A stretch of DNA of 63,942 nt, the filler included, from Trypethelium eluteriae (lineage: Eukaryota), in the NCBI GenBank assembly GCA_051942245.1. It is 3 parts of 3 records of this genome, joined end to end, with 100 filler letters (N's around TTAATTAATTAA, not from the genome) between each part and the next. Parts side by side here need not be neighbours in the genome. Positions count along the whole stretch, not along the records: positions 45,827 to 63,942 come from JAVECL010000572.1; 2 more parts are not named here. One strand, 5' to 3'. Both the position numbers and the translations under genes were made by a program. Positions 61,515 through 63,942 of this stretch are shown one piece after another (the first letter of the stretch is position 1; each line of letters starts with the position of its first letter). The notes below the pieces were generated by a model. That model saw nothing but the letters and a program-made list of their open reading frames with translations, ran no database searches and had not been told where the DNA came from.

Positions 61515-63367
61515 CTCCGGGGAACTTGTGGATTAATGGGCTGAGTATGGCGAAGACAATCGCTGGCTAAGCTGATGAGGAAGGAGTTGTAGACTACGTT
61601 GAATTAGGTACTCTCGGTACAAGGAGTGTTCTTCAGGATATCGTACTCGGGCAGACCAGGCTGCCAGCCAAGCGGAAAGCGTGTGATTACATAATTCACT
61701 GCGTTCCATCACCCCCGGATTTTGAAATGTCACGGCTCTTGTGTGATGCAGAAAATCGCCAAAGTATCTATGTTTCGAGACGCATAGGAAGTTTGATTCC
61801 ACGGATTACCCTGCTATACTTCGGACAAATATTCGCCTAAATTTCATTCCCCTCTGTGTGTGCACACACGATTGCCGCTCCACGGCCTCAATTGACTATA
61901 CATTGCTTTCACCATGGCAGCGGATTCCGCGTACATGCCGGTAAACCGGCTCATGTAGACCGGGCAAACCTAGCATGTGAACTTGTTGTACCCCGTACAA
62001 AGATTTGCGAGATTCCAAATGCTGGTCGCACACAACTCAGTCTTCACGCGAACGCTTTCATACTTCCACGACTACGTTGCCGATCTCGTGTGATCTCCAA
62101 GCGCACAACGCCCGAGTCCTACGAAGACCTAAGTGAGCTCGAAGCCATCGAGGACTATGCAGGAAACTCTTGCTGGCAGTGAAATGTCAAATCTGCTTAA
62201 TGATACGCAAGGCCCAATAGACGCGGCAGCAGTGACACCTAATTCACGTTGCTGATAAACGAGGCTCCTCGGGTCTCATCGACACTAAGATGATGGTCTA
62301 AGGCGGTAAGCTCTCAGTATCTTCTCGCATATCCCGTAGGAACTACAAAGCGAACAGTATTGAAAGACTTGGTTTCAGTTGCAAAAGACGAAAAGCTTAC
62401 AGCCATCCATGTATGGACTTACCTTACACCCCAGCGCAGCAAATATTCGATTGAAAATGAAGTCAGTAAGGAGCAGGAGAGCTCTCGATAACACAGGTGG
62501 CCATGTTATTGACCTTCGATAGCAGATAGTTGCCTTGCTGAGACAGCCGCGATAGCTGAAGAAGGTGCGAGTGTGCCTTAGCCGAGCATAGTGCCTCAAA
62601 TGTTGCAGAGAGACGTGTGGAGGCTTCTCGTTCGCCAATAATCCTCTAGCGATGCAGCTGACGGGTGAAGGTTGAGGATGAGAATGAGGCACTGGCTGCG
62701 CCAAAGTCCACTTTCTCTGAACCCATGACCACTGCGAGCTTATCTTGCGCAGCTAGGACGGCATCTGAGTACGCCCAGTCTCCCTTGCCGATGGAACCGA
62801 AATGTTGAACCGTATTCTCAAATGCGATTTAAAGGTGGACATCCATCAGGCTACGACGCCTGCCAGGGAGCTCCCTAGTGATGCGCCCGCACCATGACTT
62901 CATAGCAGACCGTTGAGAAAAAAATACAGGAAGCAGACATGTCTGAGTGCAAGATTAGCATGCTTGAAGTACCAAAGACGAATGATGGGAGAGACACTGA
63001 CCCATCATCCTATCCCAATCATATCCGTTATCGGCGAGGTCATACCGGTTAGACGCGGCAATTGTCGGCCGACTCTTGAATGATTCACATCCCTCGTTTG
63101 TTGAATATCATCAACGGAAAACATTCCGTTTGTTCTACGGGCAAGTAATTTCGAAATTGCTGTAAGTGGATACCGGCTAAAAGATCGATGGGCACGTTGT
63201 AGTCCGATGGTCGCTGAATTATTCTATAAATCCAATTGAATGAGTCCTGTTCCTCCTACTACACATTTGACGCAGCACCTTTCTGATTGCTTCGGCTACC
63301 CACCCAAGCCACTGCCATCCCCTCTCGCCCTTCTCCCTCTCTCTTCCAGAAACCCATAGAAGTAATC

Positions 63368-63942
63368 ATGGCACCATCAGCCATCACCCCCGAACGCAGC
63401 ATCACTCCGGAAACCGTCACTGACCTCACCAACGCCGGCATCAAAGCAACCATCACCAAAACCGCCGCCAGCCTCTCCACCCCTCACCCCCAATCCTCCA
63501 GCCTCGCCGAACTCGACGCCTCCCTCCTACACACCACCCCAACCACCGCGCCGCGCAGCGTGCCTTCGCCCGACTCGCTCGAAACCGCGGCGCAGAAAAA
63601 ATGCACCGACCACATGATCACCTGCAGCTGGACATCGAGCACCGGGTGGCAGACGCCGCAGCTCGTGCCCTTCGGCCCGCTCTCCCTCATGCCCAACGCC
63701 TCCTGCCTGCACTACGCGACGACCTGCTTCGAAGGGCTGAAGCTGCACCGCGGGGTGGACGGACGTCTGCGTCTGTTCCGGCCGCAGCTCAACTGCGCAC
63801 GCATGCTGCGCTCGAGTGCGCGCATCGCCCTGCCTGCGTTTCCGCCTGCGCAGCTCCTCCGCTTGATCGTTAAGCTCTGCGCTGCTGATGCGCCGAAGTG
63901 GTTGCCTCGTAGACGGCGAGAGGGCGCGGTGGAGGAGGAGGG
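63368..63942 (+). CDS. Partial: branched-chain amino acid aminotransferase (class IV PLP), runs off window end
   Basis: MAPSAITPE...LAELDAS...CTDHMITCSW...GWQTPQLVPFGPLSLMPNASCLHYATTCFEGLKLHRGVDGRLRLFRP. No stop before the window end. Confidence 0.92.
   Translation, partial: MAPSAITPERSITPETVTDLTNAGIKATITKTAASLSTPHPQSSSLAELDASLLHTTPTTAPRSVPSPDSLETAAQKKCTDHMITCSWTSSTGWQTPQLVPFGPLSLMPNASCLHYATTCFEGLKLHRGVDGRLRLFRPQLNCARMLRSSARIALPAFPPAQLLRLIVKLCAADAPKWLPRRRREGAVEEE

Noticed and set aside
1..63942. tRNA, rRNA, intact transposons or AT-rich RIP-degraded blocks
   Set aside because: I recognised none by eye; small ncRNAs cannot be excluded without covariance-model searches.

Overview
Gene-dense DNA from a filamentous ascomycete (Pezizomycotina, judged from short GT-AG introns with CTAAC-like branch points and gene content). 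The window is three contigs joined by two artificial 100-bp N44-TTAATTAATTAA-N44 spacers (22832-22931, 45727-45826). I built about 30 gene models by hand. Housekeeping genes: SIT4-associated SAPS protein, VPS60, FMC1, EngB-type GTPase, BNI4-like, Alba-like, AHC1-like, TAF13, eIF3f, UTP25, ARD1/NAA10, and partial RIB3, DML1, ARL3 and BCAT. Metabolic or accessory genes: PRISE-like SDR, two head-to-head GDSAG hydrolases, an ankyrin protein, a Clr5-domain protein, a DUF7730-like protein, a secreted Cys-rich protein, PhoD phosphatase, aldehyde reductase, a DUF4185-like protein and AKR7. There is also a QDE-1-type RNA-dependent RNA polymerase. Most notable: (1) recurring ~0.5-1 kb islands where the + strand switches sharply from C/A-rich to G/T-rich, often mid-gene, which also coincide with all contig ends and window ends; (2) a single frameshift (UCC-UCU-UGA-C) in an otherwise intact QDE-1-like RdRP; (3) an in-frame TAG splitting the ankyrin gene at a skew switch; (4) an open but N-terminally headless hydrolase facing its complete paralog. 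I recognised no RNA genes, CRISPR arrays or intact transposons. Family assignments come from recalled motifs, not database searches, and base composition was judged by eye.
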